In this document: positions 8,419 through 17,504 of the stretch, in pieces
Numbering within the stretch: the first letter of the stretch is position 1
How the letters are laid out: every line of letters starts with the position of its first letter
From: an uncultured Microthrixaceae bacterium
Lineage (GTDB): Bacteria > Actinomycetota > Acidimicrobiia > Acidimicrobiales > DATDAH01
NCBI GenBank assembly: GCA_963792205.1
Contig: CAWBVI010000004.1
Coordinates: 1,012,640-1,076,639 of the forward strand
DNA: 64,000 bases
Direction: 5' to 3'
Notes under the pieces: generated by a model
The model's input: the letters and a program-made list of their open reading frames with translations, nothing else
Told to the model about the DNA's origin: nothing
Databases searched by the model: none
Made by a program: the position numbers and the translations under genes

Positions 8419-9960
8419 GTGACCACGCCCGTCGCCCTGCAGCACACCACCGCCGACCTGCGCCGGATGGCCCGGGCCGCGCTCGACGGCTGCGGCGTCG
8501 ACCTCGGCCCGGTGGATGGTCCGTCGGTCACGGCCCGGACGCCGGTGACCGGCGAGGACCTCTTCCCGGTGCCGGCCGTCGATGCGAGGGGGGTCGAGGA
8601 GGCCGTCACCCGGGCCCATGAAGCGTTCCTCTCCTGGCGCACGGTCCCCGCCCCGGTGCGCGGTGCGCTGGTCAAGCGCTTCGGCGCCCTGCTGGCCGAG
8701 CACCTCGACGACCTGGCGACCCTGGTGCAGGTGGAGGTGGGCAAGATCGCGGCCGAAGCCCGGGGCGAGGTCCAGGAGATGATCGACGTCTGCGACTTCG
8801 CCGTCGGCCTGTCCCGCCAGCTGGACGGCCGCACCATGCCGTCCGAACGGCCCGGGCACCGCCTGATGGAGACCTGGCACCCGCTCGGCGTCGTGGCCGT
8901 CATCTCCGCCTTCAACTTCCCGGTCGCGGTGTGGTCCTGGAACGCCGCCGTGGCGCTGGTCTGCGGCGACACCGTGGTCTGGAAGCCGTCCCCCACCACG
9001 CCGTTGACGGCCTTGGCGTGTGCCGCGCTGCTCGACCGGGCGGCGGCCGACGTAGGCGCGCCGGCCGACCTCAACGTCGTGGCCGTGGCCGGCGCCGATG
9101 CCGCCGGCGCCCTCCTCGACGACAGCCGGGTGGCGCTCGTGAGCGCCACCGGGTCGGAGCGCATGGGGGCGGCGGTCGCGCCGCGGGTCGCGGCCCGCTT
9201 CGGCCGCTGCCTGCTCGAGCTGGGCGGGAACAACGCCGCCGTCGTGGCCCCGTCGGCCGAGCTCGACCTCGCGGTGCGGGCCATCGTGTTCGCCGCCGCG
9301 GGCACCGCAGGGCAGCGCTGCACGACCCTGCGCCGGGTGATCGCCCACGAGGACGTGGTCGACGAGCTGGTCGAGCGGATCGGGACGGCCTTCGCCGGCC
9401 TGACCGTGGGCGATCCGTTCGCCGACGGCACCCTGGTCGGACCGCTGATCGGGCCCGCGGCGCGGACGGCGATGACCGAGGCGCTGGCCGAAGCCGAGGC
9501 CGAGGGCGGCGAGCTGGTGGTGGGCGGCGAGCAGGTCCCGGCCGACGGCGCCCCCGACGCCGTCTACGTGCGGCCGGCCCTGGTGCGGTTGCCGGCGGCG
9601 ACCGACCTGGTGCGGCGGGAGACCTTCGCCCCGGTCCTCTACGTCCTCACCTACCGGGACTTCGACGAGGCGGTCGCCCTCCACAACGACGTCCCGCAGG
9701 GCCTGTCCTCGTCGATCTTCACCACCGACCAGCGCGAAGCCGAGCGGTTCCTGGCCGCCGACGGCTCCGACTGCGGGATCGTGAACGTGAACATCGGGAC
9801 GTCGGGGGCCGAGATCGGCGGCGCCTTCGGGGGCGAGAAGTCGACCGGGGGCGGGCGCGAGTCGGGCTCCGACGCCTGGCGGGCCTACATGCGCCGGGCG
9901 ACCAACACCGTCAACTACTCCGACGAGCTCCCGCTGGCCCAAGGCGTCACGTTCACGTGA
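8419..9960 (+). CDS. Aldehyde dehydrogenase, ALDH7 / piperideine-6-carboxylate dehydrogenase family
   Basis: GEVQEMIDVCDFAVGLSRQL, ISAFNFP, LELGGNN, GTAGQRCTT, GAEIGGAFGGEK and ELPLAQG are typical of ALDH7/Pcd. Confidence 0.92.
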   Translation: MTTPVALQHTTADLRRMARAALDGCGVDLGPVDGPSVTARTPVTGEDLFPVPAVDARGVEEAVTRAHEAFLSWRTVPAPVRGALVKRFGALLAEHLDDLATLVQVEVGKIAAEARGEVQEMIDVCDFAVGLSRQLDGRTMPSERPGHRLMETWHPLGVVAVISAFNFPVAVWSWNAAVALVCGDTVVWKPSPTTPLTALACAALLDRAAADVGAPADLNVVAVAGADAAGALLDDSRVALVSATGSERMGAAVAPRVAARFGRCLLELGGNNAAVVAPSAELDLAVRAIVFAAAGTAGQRCTTLRRVIAHEDVVDELVERIGTAFAGLTVGDPFADGTLVGPLIGPAARTAMTEALAEAEAEGGELVVGGEQVPADGAPDAVYVRPALVRLPAATDLVRRETFAPVLYVLTYRDFDEAVALHNDVPQGLSSSIFTTDQREAERFLAADGSDCGIVNVNIGTSGAEIGGAFGGEKSTGGGRESGSDAWRAYMRRATNTVNYSDELPLAQGVTFT

Positions 9961-11126
9961 ACCCGCTCCCTGCCGCCGCGGAGGTCGTGATCGTCGGCGG
10001 CGGGGTCATGGGCACGTCCACGGCGTTCCACCTGGCCGAGGCGGGCGTGCGGGGGATCCTCCTGCTCGAACGCGGCGCGCTGGGCTCGGGCTCGACGGCG
10101 AAGGCAGCCGGCGGGGTCCGGGCCCAGTTCTCCGACGCCCTCAACATCGCCCTCGGGGCCCGCGGCCTCGACGCCTTCGAGGACTTCGCCCGCCGGCCCG
10201 GCGGCGAGATCGACCTGCAGCAGGTCGGCTACCTCTTCTGCCTGACCGCCGCGACCGACGTGGCCGTGTTCGAGGCGGCGGTCGCCCTGCAGAACGACCT
10301 GGGCGTGGCCAGCCGGATGCTCACCCCGGCCGAGGCGGCGGCGCGGGCGCCCGTCCTGACCACCGACGACGTGCTCGCGGCCGCGTTCCACCACCGCGAC
10401 GGCGTCTGCTCACCGGACGGCGTGGTCCAGGGCTACGCCGCCGCGGCCCGCCGGCTCGGGGCCGACCTGCGCACGGGCATCGAGGTGCGATCCGTCGAGG
10501 CCGACGCCGCCGGGGTCACGGCGGTCGTCACCGACGCCGGGCGCGTGACCACCGGCTCGGTGATCTGCGCGGCCGGGGCCTGGTCCGAGGGACTCGCCGC
10601 CACTGCGGGCGTCGACCTGCCCGTGACCCCGTTGCGGCGGCAGATCCTCGTGACCGAGCCGCTCGACGGGCGCCGGGCCGCGCTCCTCCCGGCCGACAGC
10701 CCCATGACCATCGACGCCGCCTCCACCCTCTACTTCCACCGGGAGGGCCCAGGCCTGCTGCTGGGGATGTCGTACGACAGGGAAGAGCCCGGCTTCGATC
10801 AGTCGACCGACGACGAGTGGTTGCCGGCATTGACCGCGGCCATCGCGACCCGGGCCCCCGACCTGCTCGACCTCGGCATCGCCCACCGGTGGGCCGGCCT
10901 GTACGAGGTCACGCCCGACCACAACGCCCTCCTCGGCGGCGCCGAGCACCGGCCGGGCTTCTTCTACGCCACCGGGTTCTCCGGGCACGGCTTCCTGCAG
11001 GGGCCCGCCGTCGGCGAGGTCCTGCGCGACCTCTGGCTGGGCCGCGAGCCCTTCGTGGACGTCTCGCCCCTCTCGGCCGACCGGTTCGCGACCGGGGCCC
11101 TGCGCCCGGAGCACCACGTTGTCTGA
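9957..11126 (+). CDS. FAD-dependent amine/amino acid oxidoreductase (sarcosine oxidase beta / DAO family)
   Basis: VIVGGGVMG, GSTAKAAGGVRAQF, WAGLYEVTPD and ATGFSGHGF; GTGA overlap with the ALDH stop. Confidence 0.9.
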   Translation: MNPLPAAAEVVIVGGGVMGTSTAFHLAEAGVRGILLLERGALGSGSTAKAAGGVRAQFSDALNIALGARGLDAFEDFARRPGGEIDLQQVGYLFCLTAATDVAVFEAAVALQNDLGVASRMLTPAEAAARAPVLTTDDVLAAAFHHRDGVCSPDGVVQGYAAAARRLGADLRTGIEVRSVEADAAGVTAVVTDAGRVTTGSVICAAGAWSEGLAATAGVDLPVTPLRRQILVTEPLDGRRAALLPADSPMTIDAASTLYFHREGPGLLLGMSYDREEPGFDQSTDDEWLPALTAAIATRAPDLLDLGIAHRWAGLYEVTPDHNALLGGAEHRPGFFYATGFSGHGFLQGPAVGEVLRDLWLGREPFVDVSPLSADRFATGALRPEHHVV

Positions 11127-12516
11127 GGAGTGGGCATCCGAGCTGGGCCCCCTCGGCCTCGACCCGGAGGACATGCGCCGCCTCGGGTACTGGGTGGTCG
11201 ACCGGGTCGTCGAGCACCTCACCGAGCTCGGTGACCGACCGGCGCTGCGCACGGACACGCCCGAGCACCTCCTCGCCACCTTGGGCGGAGCGGTTCCGTC
11301 CGGGCCCGGCGACCCGCTCGTCGCGATGGAGCAGCTGGTCGAGGTGGCCCTGGCGACGATGCAGCACACCGACCACCCCCGGTTCTTCACCCGCGTGCCC
11401 GGGCCGTCGTCGTACCCCGCCATCCTCGGGGACTGGCTCGGGACGGGGTTCCAGGCCATTGCCGCGTCCTGGGGCGGCGGGGCGGGCCCGTCGGCGGTCG
11501 AGCTGGTCGTGATCGACTGGCTCCGGCAGGTGCTGGGGCTCCCCGAGAGCACCGAAGGTGTCCTGCTCTCGGGGGGCTCGATGGCCAACCTCACCGGCCT
11601 CCTGGCCGCCCGAGCCGAGCTCGGCGACGGTGTCGTCTACCTCTCCGACCAGACCCACGCCTCGATCGGCCGCGGCCTCCGCTCGACCGGGTTCGCGGCG
11701 GTGCGCACGCTGGCCACCGACAACGAGCACCGTCTGGCGCCGGACGTCGTGGGCGCGGCGGTCGCCGACGACCGGGCCGCCGGCCGGATGCCGACCATCG
11801 TCGTGGCCACCGCGGGCACGACGAACACCGGAGCCGTCGACCCGCTCCCCGAGCTGGCTGACCTCTGCACCGGCGAAGGCCTGTGGTTGCACGTCGACGG
11901 GGCCTACGGGGCGCCGGCCGCGCTCGCACCCTCGGGCCGGCCCGTCCTGGTGGGCCTGGAGCGAGCCGACTCGCTCGTCCTCGACGGCCACAAGTGGCTC
12001 TTCCAGCCCTACGACGTGGGCGTGCTCCTCGTCCGGCGACCCGGCGCACTCGAGCGGACGTTCACGATGAACCCCGAGTACCTGGCCGACATCGTGGCCG
12101 GGACCGGCGAGGTGGACCTGCGCAACCGCAGCCTCGAGCTGACCCGGCGGGGCCGGGCCCTCAAGCTCTGGCTCACCTTCCGCACCTACGGCCACGAGCG
12201 CCTCGGCCAGGCCATCGAGCGGGGCATCGGCCTCGCCGAGCACGCCGAGGCCCTGGTGACGGCCGATCCGGCCTGGGCGATCGTCACCCCGGCCCAGCTC
12301 GGCGTGGTCACCTTCGCCCGGGTGGGCGCCACCACCGAGCAGCACGTGGCCGCCGCCGCCGCCATCACCGACGACGGCTACGCCGCGGTCTCGACGACCA
12401 CGCTGCGGGGCCGGACCGTCCTCCGCCTCTGCACCATCAACCCCCGGACCACCGAAGCGGACCTCGAAGAGACGGTCGTCCGGTTGGGTCAGGCCTTCGC
12501 CAGCGTGCCCAGGTAG
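11119..12516 (+). CDS. Group II PLP-dependent amino acid decarboxylase
   Basis: HPRFF, SGGSMANL, ATAGTTNTGAVD, WLHVDGAYG, DGHKWLF (PLP lysine) and ALKLW. Confidence 0.92.
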   Translation: MSEEWASELGPLGLDPEDMRRLGYWVVDRVVEHLTELGDRPALRTDTPEHLLATLGGAVPSGPGDPLVAMEQLVEVALATMQHTDHPRFFTRVPGPSSYPAILGDWLGTGFQAIAASWGGGAGPSAVELVVIDWLRQVLGLPESTEGVLLSGGSMANLTGLLAARAELGDGVVYLSDQTHASIGRGLRSTGFAAVRTLATDNEHRLAPDVVGAAVADDRAAGRMPTIVVATAGTTNTGAVDPLPELADLCTGEGLWLHVDGAYGAPAALAPSGRPVLVGLERADSLVLDGHKWLFQPYDVGVLLVRRPGALERTFTMNPEYLADIVAGTGEVDLRNRSLELTRRGRALKLWLTFRTYGHERLGQAIERGIGLAEHAEALVTADPAWAIVTPAQLGVVTFARVGATTEQHVAAAAAITDDGYAAVSTTTLRGRTVLRLCTINPRTTEADLEETVVRLGQAFASVPR

Positions 12517-13217
12517 AGCTCGATGACCTTGGGGTCGTGCAGGAGCGCGTTGCCGGTGTCGGTGTAGGCGTTCTGGCCCTGGTCGAGCACGTAGCCCCGG
12601 TCGCAGATCTGCAGGCACCGCCGGGCGTTCTGCTCCACCATGATGATCGACACGCCCGCCTGGTTGATCGTGTCGGCCCGCTCGAAGACCTCGGTCTGCA
12701 ACACCGGGCTGAGGCCGGCCGAGGGCTCGTCGAGCAGGAGCACCGAGGGCTCCATCATCAACGCCCGGCCCATGGCCAGCATCTGGCGCTCCCCGCCGGA
12801 CAGGAGCCCCGCCCGCTGGTCGGAACGTTCGGCCAGGCGGGGGAACATCGCGTACACCCGCTCCCGCTGCGCGGCGAGGGTCTTCGGCGCCTGGTAGACG
12901 CCCATCTCCAGGTTCTCCGAGACCGTGAGCCGGGAGAAGACGTTGTCCCGCTGGGGCACGTAGCCGATTCCGGCGCGGACCAGCTCGTGGGCGGGCTTGC
13001 CGGTGACGTCCTGGCCCCGGAAGGTGACGTTGCCCTCGCGGATGTGGAGGAGACCGAAGAGGGCCTTGATCAGGGTCGACTTCCCCGCCCCGTTGGGGCC
13101 GATGATGCCGACCAGCTCACCCTCCCGCAGCTCGAGGTCGCAGCCGTTGAGGATGTTCACCTCGGGCACGTAGCCGGCCACGATGTTGCGGGCCTCCAGC
13201 AGGAACTCGTCAGCCAT
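12489..13217 (-). CDS. livF: Branched-chain amino acid ABC ATPase, LivF type
   Basis: GPNGAGKST, LSGGERQMLAMGRAL, LDEPSAGL and VEQNA. Confidence 0.9.
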   Translation of the reverse strand: MADEFLLEARNIVAGYVPEVNILNGCDLELREGELVGIIGPNGAGKSTLIKALFGLLHIREGNVTFRGQDVTGKPAHELVRAGIGYVPQRDNVFSRLTVSENLEMGVYQAPKTLAAQRERVYAMFPRLAERSDQRAGLLSGGERQMLAMGRALMMEPSVLLLDEPSAGLSPVLQTEVFERADTINQAGVSIIMVEQNARRCLQICDRGYVLDQGQNAYTDTGNALLHDPKVIELYLGTLAKA

Positions 13218-14367
13218 CGTCCGGGATCCCTTCTTCGAAGGCCACCTCGCGCTCGTCGACGATCTCGCTGACCTGGTGCGCGGCCACCGTCGGGTCGGCG
13301 GTGGCCTCGACGCCGTGGTCGGTGCCGAGGTAGGCGTCGATCACGTCGGGGTTGCCGGTGACGTCGTCGTGGGTGCCTTCGGCGATGATCGAGCCCTCGG
13401 CCATCACCACGACCCAGTCGCTGATGTCGCGGACGACGTCCATGTCGTGCTCCACGAAGATCACCGACATGCCCTCGTCCCGCAGGGACTTCACGTGGCC
13501 GAGGAGCGACTGGGTGAGGGCGGGGTTCACCCCGGCCATCGGCTCGTCCAGCATGACCAGGGCGGGCTCGGTCATCAGGGCCCGCGCCATCTCCAGCAGC
13601 TTGCGCTGGCCGCCGGAGAGCGTGCCCGCGTACTCGTTGGTCATGTGGGCCATGCCGAACCGCTCGAGCAGCACGAGGGCTCGATCGCGGAGCTCGTCCT
13701 CCTGAGCCCGCCAGGTGTTGGGGACGAACGCGGAAGCGAACTTCTCGCCCTGCTGGTCGATGCCCCCCAGCATCATGTTGTCCAGCACGGTCATCTTCGA
13801 GAGGGCCTTGGTGAGCTGGAAGGTGCGCACCATGCCGCGGGTCGAGAGCAGGTGGGCCACCGAGCCGCCCATGTCGACGCCGTTGAACAGCCAGGACCCG
13901 CCGTCCGGCGTGTCGAAGCCGGTGAGGAGGTTGAAGAGCGTGGTCTTGCCGGCGCCATTTGGGCCGATCAGCCCGGTGATCAGCCCGCGTTGGATCTCGA
14001 GGTGGTCGACGTCGACCGCCTTCAGCCCGCCGAAGCGGCGCTGGACGTTGTCGACCACGAGGATCGGGTCCGGCTTGGCCACGCCCGGGCGACCCTCCAC
14101 GCCGGCCAGCACCGCGGGATCGACCAAGGGCCGGTGGGCTCGGGCCTCGGCCGCCGTCGCCACCATCTTCCGCTTCGGGCCGAGCAGGTAGAAGGGGGCG
14201 GCCAGGAACCCGAACGCCCCGACGAGTATCAGCCAGGTCTGGCGGTTCAGTCCCGCCTGGTCCCAGGCCCACGGCGCCCGGGCGAAGGCGTCCTGGGCCG
14301 CGGTCACCCACAGGCCGATGAGGATCGAGGCCACGAGCAGCGCCACCGCGCCGACGACGTCAGCCAT
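13210..14367 (-). CDS. livG: Branched-chain amino acid ABC ATPase, LivG type, with an N-terminal hydrophobic extension
   Basis: FGGLKAV, GPNGAGKTT, RTFQ, LSGGQRKLLE, VEHDM and VIDAYLG. Confidence 0.88.
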   Translation of the reverse strand: MADVVGAVALLVASILIGLWVTAAQDAFARAPWAWDQAGLNRQTWLILVGAFGFLAAPFYLLGPKRKMVATAAEARAHRPLVDPAVLAGVEGRPGVAKPDPILVVDNVQRRFGGLKAVDVDHLEIQRGLITGLIGPNGAGKTTLFNLLTGFDTPDGGSWLFNGVDMGGSVAHLLSTRGMVRTFQLTKALSKMTVLDNMMLGGIDQQGEKFASAFVPNTWRAQEDELRDRALVLLERFGMAHMTNEYAGTLSGGQRKLLEMARALMTEPALVMLDEPMAGVNPALTQSLLGHVKSLRDEGMSVIFVEHDMDVVRDISDWVVVMAEGSIIAEGTHDDVTGNPDVIDAYLGTDHGVEATADPTVAAHQVSEIVDEREVAFEEGIPDDG

Positions 14368-14381
14368 GGCCCGGAGCTCCG

Positions 14382-15389
14382 CTACACCTCAAGGGCCATC
14401 TCCTGCTTGTTCCCGAACAGCCCCTGGGGCCGGAAGATCATCAGCAGGGCCAGGCCTGCGCCGACCAGCATGAACCGGACCTGGCCGATCTGGACCCCGT
14501 CCATGATGCTGTTGATCCCGAGGAAGCGGTTGTCCACCGCCTCCCGCAGGAAGTTGTCGGTCAGGGCCAGGAGCATCCAGAACACGACCGAGCCGACGAT
14601 CGGGGTCCAGACCCGACCCAGGCCGCCGAGGATGAGGGCGGTGTACAGGAAGAACGTGATGGGCGGCGAATAGGCGTCGGGCTGGACGGTCTGGGTCCCG
14701 ATCGAGAGCACCATGCCCGCGATGCCACCGATGACCCCGCCGATGATCAGGCTCTGCACCTTGTAGCCGTAGGCGTTCTTGCCCAGCGAGCGGGCCGCGT
14801 CCTCGTCCTCCCGGATGGAGCGGACGACCCGACCCCACGGGGCCCGGATGAGGGACCACACGAACAGGGTCACCAGGGCCACGATGCCCCAGCCGATGAG
14901 GATGATCCAGAGCTGGTTCCCGAAGAACTTGAAGTCGAAGCTGCCGATGGTGAAGCCGTACTGCGCCTGCGGGTCGAACGGGTTGAAGTAGTAGAAGCCC
15001 TCCGCGAAGCCGTTGATCCCGTTGGAGCCACCGGAGTAGTCGCGGAGGGACACCGATCTCATCACGGTCCGGATGATCTCGGACGCGGCGATGGTGACGA
15101 TGGCGAGGTAGTCGGCCCGGAGGCGGAGGGCGGGCAGGCCGAGCACGAGGGCCAGGGCGACACAGGCCAGGACCCCGATGATCAGGGCGGTGACCGGGTG
15201 CCAGCCGTAGTAGGTGATCCCGATGCCGACCCCGTAGGCCCCCATCGCCATGAAGCCGACCTGGCCGAAGTTGAGCAGCCCGGTGTAGCCGAAGTGCACG
15301 TTGAGGCCCATGGCGGCGATGGCGAAGACCGCGGCGTCCCGGCTGACCCCCGCCCGCAGCGTGTTCTCGATGATGTTGATCCAGTCCAC
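14382..15389 (-). CDS. livM: Branched-chain amino acid ABC permease, LivM type
   Basis: GYTGLLNFGQVGF, LRLRADYLAIVT and SIREDEDAARSLG. Confidence 0.9.
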   Translation of the reverse strand: MDWINIIENTLRAGVSRDAAVFAIAAMGLNVHFGYTGLLNFGQVGFMAMGAYGVGIGITYYGWHPVTALIIGVLACVALALVLGLPALRLRADYLAIVTIAASEIIRTVMRSVSLRDYSGGSNGINGFAEGFYYFNPFDPQAQYGFTIGSFDFKFFGNQLWIILIGWGIVALVTLFVWSLIRAPWGRVVRSIREDEDAARSLGKNAYGYKVQSLIIGGVIGGIAGMVLSIGTQTVQPDAYSPPITFFLYTALILGGLGRVWTPIVGSVVFWMLLALTDNFLREAVDNRFLGINSIMDGVQIGQVRFMLVGAGLALLMIFRPQGLFGNKQEMALEV

Positions 15390-15400
15390 GGCCCGCCCCC

Positions 15401-16717
15401 TCAGCCGATCCGCTCGCGCTGGCCGAAGATGCCCTGCGGACGTATGACCAGGATGAGGATGAGCAGCACCAGGGCACTCACGTTCTTCAGCTCGGGCGAG
15501 ATCCACAGCGTCGAGACCTGGATGATGACCCCGACGATCACGCTGCCCACGAAGGCCCCGAACGCCGTGCCCAGGCCACCAAGGGTCACGCCGGCGAACA
15601 TCAACAGCAGGAGCTTGAAGCCGAACTGCCAGTCGACCAGCTCGTTCGTGGCGAACAGCACGCCCCCGAGGGTGGCCAGCGACGCCCCGGCTCCCCACAC
15701 GATCACGATCACCCGGTCGACGTCGATGCCCGACGAACGGGCCAGGTCGGGGTTGTCGGCGACGGCCCGGATGGCCTTGCCGATACGGGTCCGGGTCAGC
15801 ACCAGGCCGACGAGGGTCAGGACCACGACCGAGATGACGATGCCCCAGATGTCCTTGGGCACGATGGTGATCGGGCCGAACTCGTACGGCTCTTGGACGG
15901 CGTAGTCGTGGAAGGCCTTGGGGCGGCCCCGGAACACGTAGAGGATGAGGTAGCGCAGCACCAGGGACAGACCGATGCTGATGACCAGCATCGAGATGAG
16001 GCTGGTCCCCCGCCGGCGGAGGGGCCGCCAGAGCCCGGAGTCGAAGGTCGCGCCGAATCCGAACATGAGCGCCATCGCGATCACGGTGGCGAAGGGGAGC
16101 CAGATGCCGCCGTCGTTCAGGTACCAGACCATGATCGTCCCGAGTACGACGATCTCGCCGTGGGCGAAGTTGGTGAGGCCGGTGGTGCCGAAGATGAGCG
16201 AGAGCCCGATCGCCATCATGGCGATGACCAGGCCGAACTTGATGCCCTCCACGAGCAGCTGGAGGAACCGGTCGAAGTCGCCGGTCTGCTGCCGGGTGCT
16301 CACCGCGCCCTCCTCCTGGAGAGCGAAGAGCACGCGCTGGGTCTCCTGGGGGCTGACCTGGACGGTGCGGACGAGGGTGTCGGGATCAACCAGCTCGACG
16401 CCGTCGGGCACCGTCTCGGGATCGATGGTCACCGTGTACTGGCCGGGGCCCGGCACCTCGAGCAGGAACAGACCGTCGGCGTCGGTGGCCCCGGTGCCGA
16501 CCTCGTCGCCACCGACCGTCTCGACCGTGAACTCGACGTCTTCCGCGGGGGTCTCCACCGCCTCGTCGCCCTCGCCGACGTCGAAGGTCAGGGTGGCGGA
16601 GACCCCGGTGGTCCGGGCCGGCGGGCCGTCGCCCTCCTGCGCACCGGCGGGCGTGGTGAGAGCGAGCAGCGACGCGAAGAGCACGACCGCGGGGATCACC
16701 ACCACCCGGATGCGCAA
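15401..16717 (-). CDS. livH: Branched-chain amino acid ABC permease, LivH type, with an N-terminal exported beta-rich domain
   Basis: Signal peptide, about 125-aa acidic domain, then GLSLIFGTTGLTNFAHGE and GKAIRAVADNPDLARSSGI. Confidence 0.88.
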   Translation of the reverse strand: MRIRVVVIPAVVLFASLLALTTPAGAQEGDGPPARTTGVSATLTFDVGEGDEAVETPAEDVEFTVETVGGDEVGTGATDADGLFLLEVPGPGQYTVTIDPETVPDGVELVDPDTLVRTVQVSPQETQRVLFALQEEGAVSTRQQTGDFDRFLQLLVEGIKFGLVIAMMAIGLSLIFGTTGLTNFAHGEIVVLGTIMVWYLNDGGIWLPFATVIAMALMFGFGATFDSGLWRPLRRRGTSLISMLVISIGLSLVLRYLILYVFRGRPKAFHDYAVQEPYEFGPITIVPKDIWGIVISVVVLTLVGLVLTRTRIGKAIRAVADNPDLARSSGIDVDRVIVIVWGAGASLATLGGVLFATNELVDWQFGFKLLLLMFAGVTLGGLGTAFGAFVGSVIVGVIIQVSTLWISPELKNVSALVLLILILVIRPQGIFGQRERIG

Positions 16718-16765
16718 GTTCTCTGCCGTCTCCCCTCGGCCACCCCACCGGTGGAGTTCGGGAGC

Positions 16766-17444
16766 TTAGATGACCTCGACGAGGTGCTCCACCGTCGTGA
16801 CCATCCCCGTGTAGAAGGGCCCGAATTCGGCGAAGACCGCGGACGCCTCGTCGAAGCGCATGGTGTAGACGACCTCCTTGAGATCGTCGGGATGGACGGC
16901 GAAGAGGGTCACCCCCCACTCGAAGTCGTCGAGCCCGGTCGACCCGGTGACGACCTGCAGCACCCGTCCGGCGAACTTCCGGCCGGAGGTGCCGTGCTCG
17001 AGCATGAGCGCCTTGCGGTCGTCGTACGGCAGCGTGAACCAGTTCTGGTCCGGACCGCCGCGACGCTTCGACATCGGGTAGAAGCAGAACGCGGCCTTCC
17101 CCTCGGGCGGGAGCTGCGGCTGCAGGCGGTTCTGCTTCATCTCCTCGGGCATCCCCTGCGCGTACTCGCTCACCTCGGTGAGCGACACGTAGCGAGTCGA
17201 CCACCTCGAGGCCGGCGGCCTGCAGGTCGGTCTGGAACCGCCGCTGGCGCCACAGGTCGTCGCCCAGGACCATGAACCCGAGGTCGGCCTTGTGGCCGAG
17301 CAGCGCGACCGGCACGACCTGGTCCCCCAGGCCCTCGGCCGCCTTGACCGCGGCCACGACCGCTTGGGCGTCCCGCGTGGGGGTGGGCTTGCAGAAGAGG
17401 TGGAGGACCCCCCAACCGACCTGGGGGCGCAGCGCATCGGGCAT
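16766..17444 (-). CDS. hemQ: Coproheme decarboxylase (chlorite dismutase-like ChdC/HemQ); one frameshift near 17193
   Basis: GHKADL in one frame; YVSLTEVSEY, FYPMSKRR, EHG..GR and GLDDFEWGVTLF in the next; one extra base at the junction; TACGAT 7 nt before the ATG. Confidence 0.85.
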
Positions 17445-17504
17445 CGGCGCCATCGTACGGCGCCGGTTGTGAGCTCGACCTCCGTTCTGTAAAGCTTGCC
17501 TCAC

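Noticed and set aside
6958-9942. 994-aa antisense ORF and other long shadow ORFs (for example 19173-21578, 27363-29678, 51264-53552)
   Set aside because: They are antisense or off-frame to well-supported genes, as expected from stop-codon scarcity in high-GC DNA, and show no recognisable motifs
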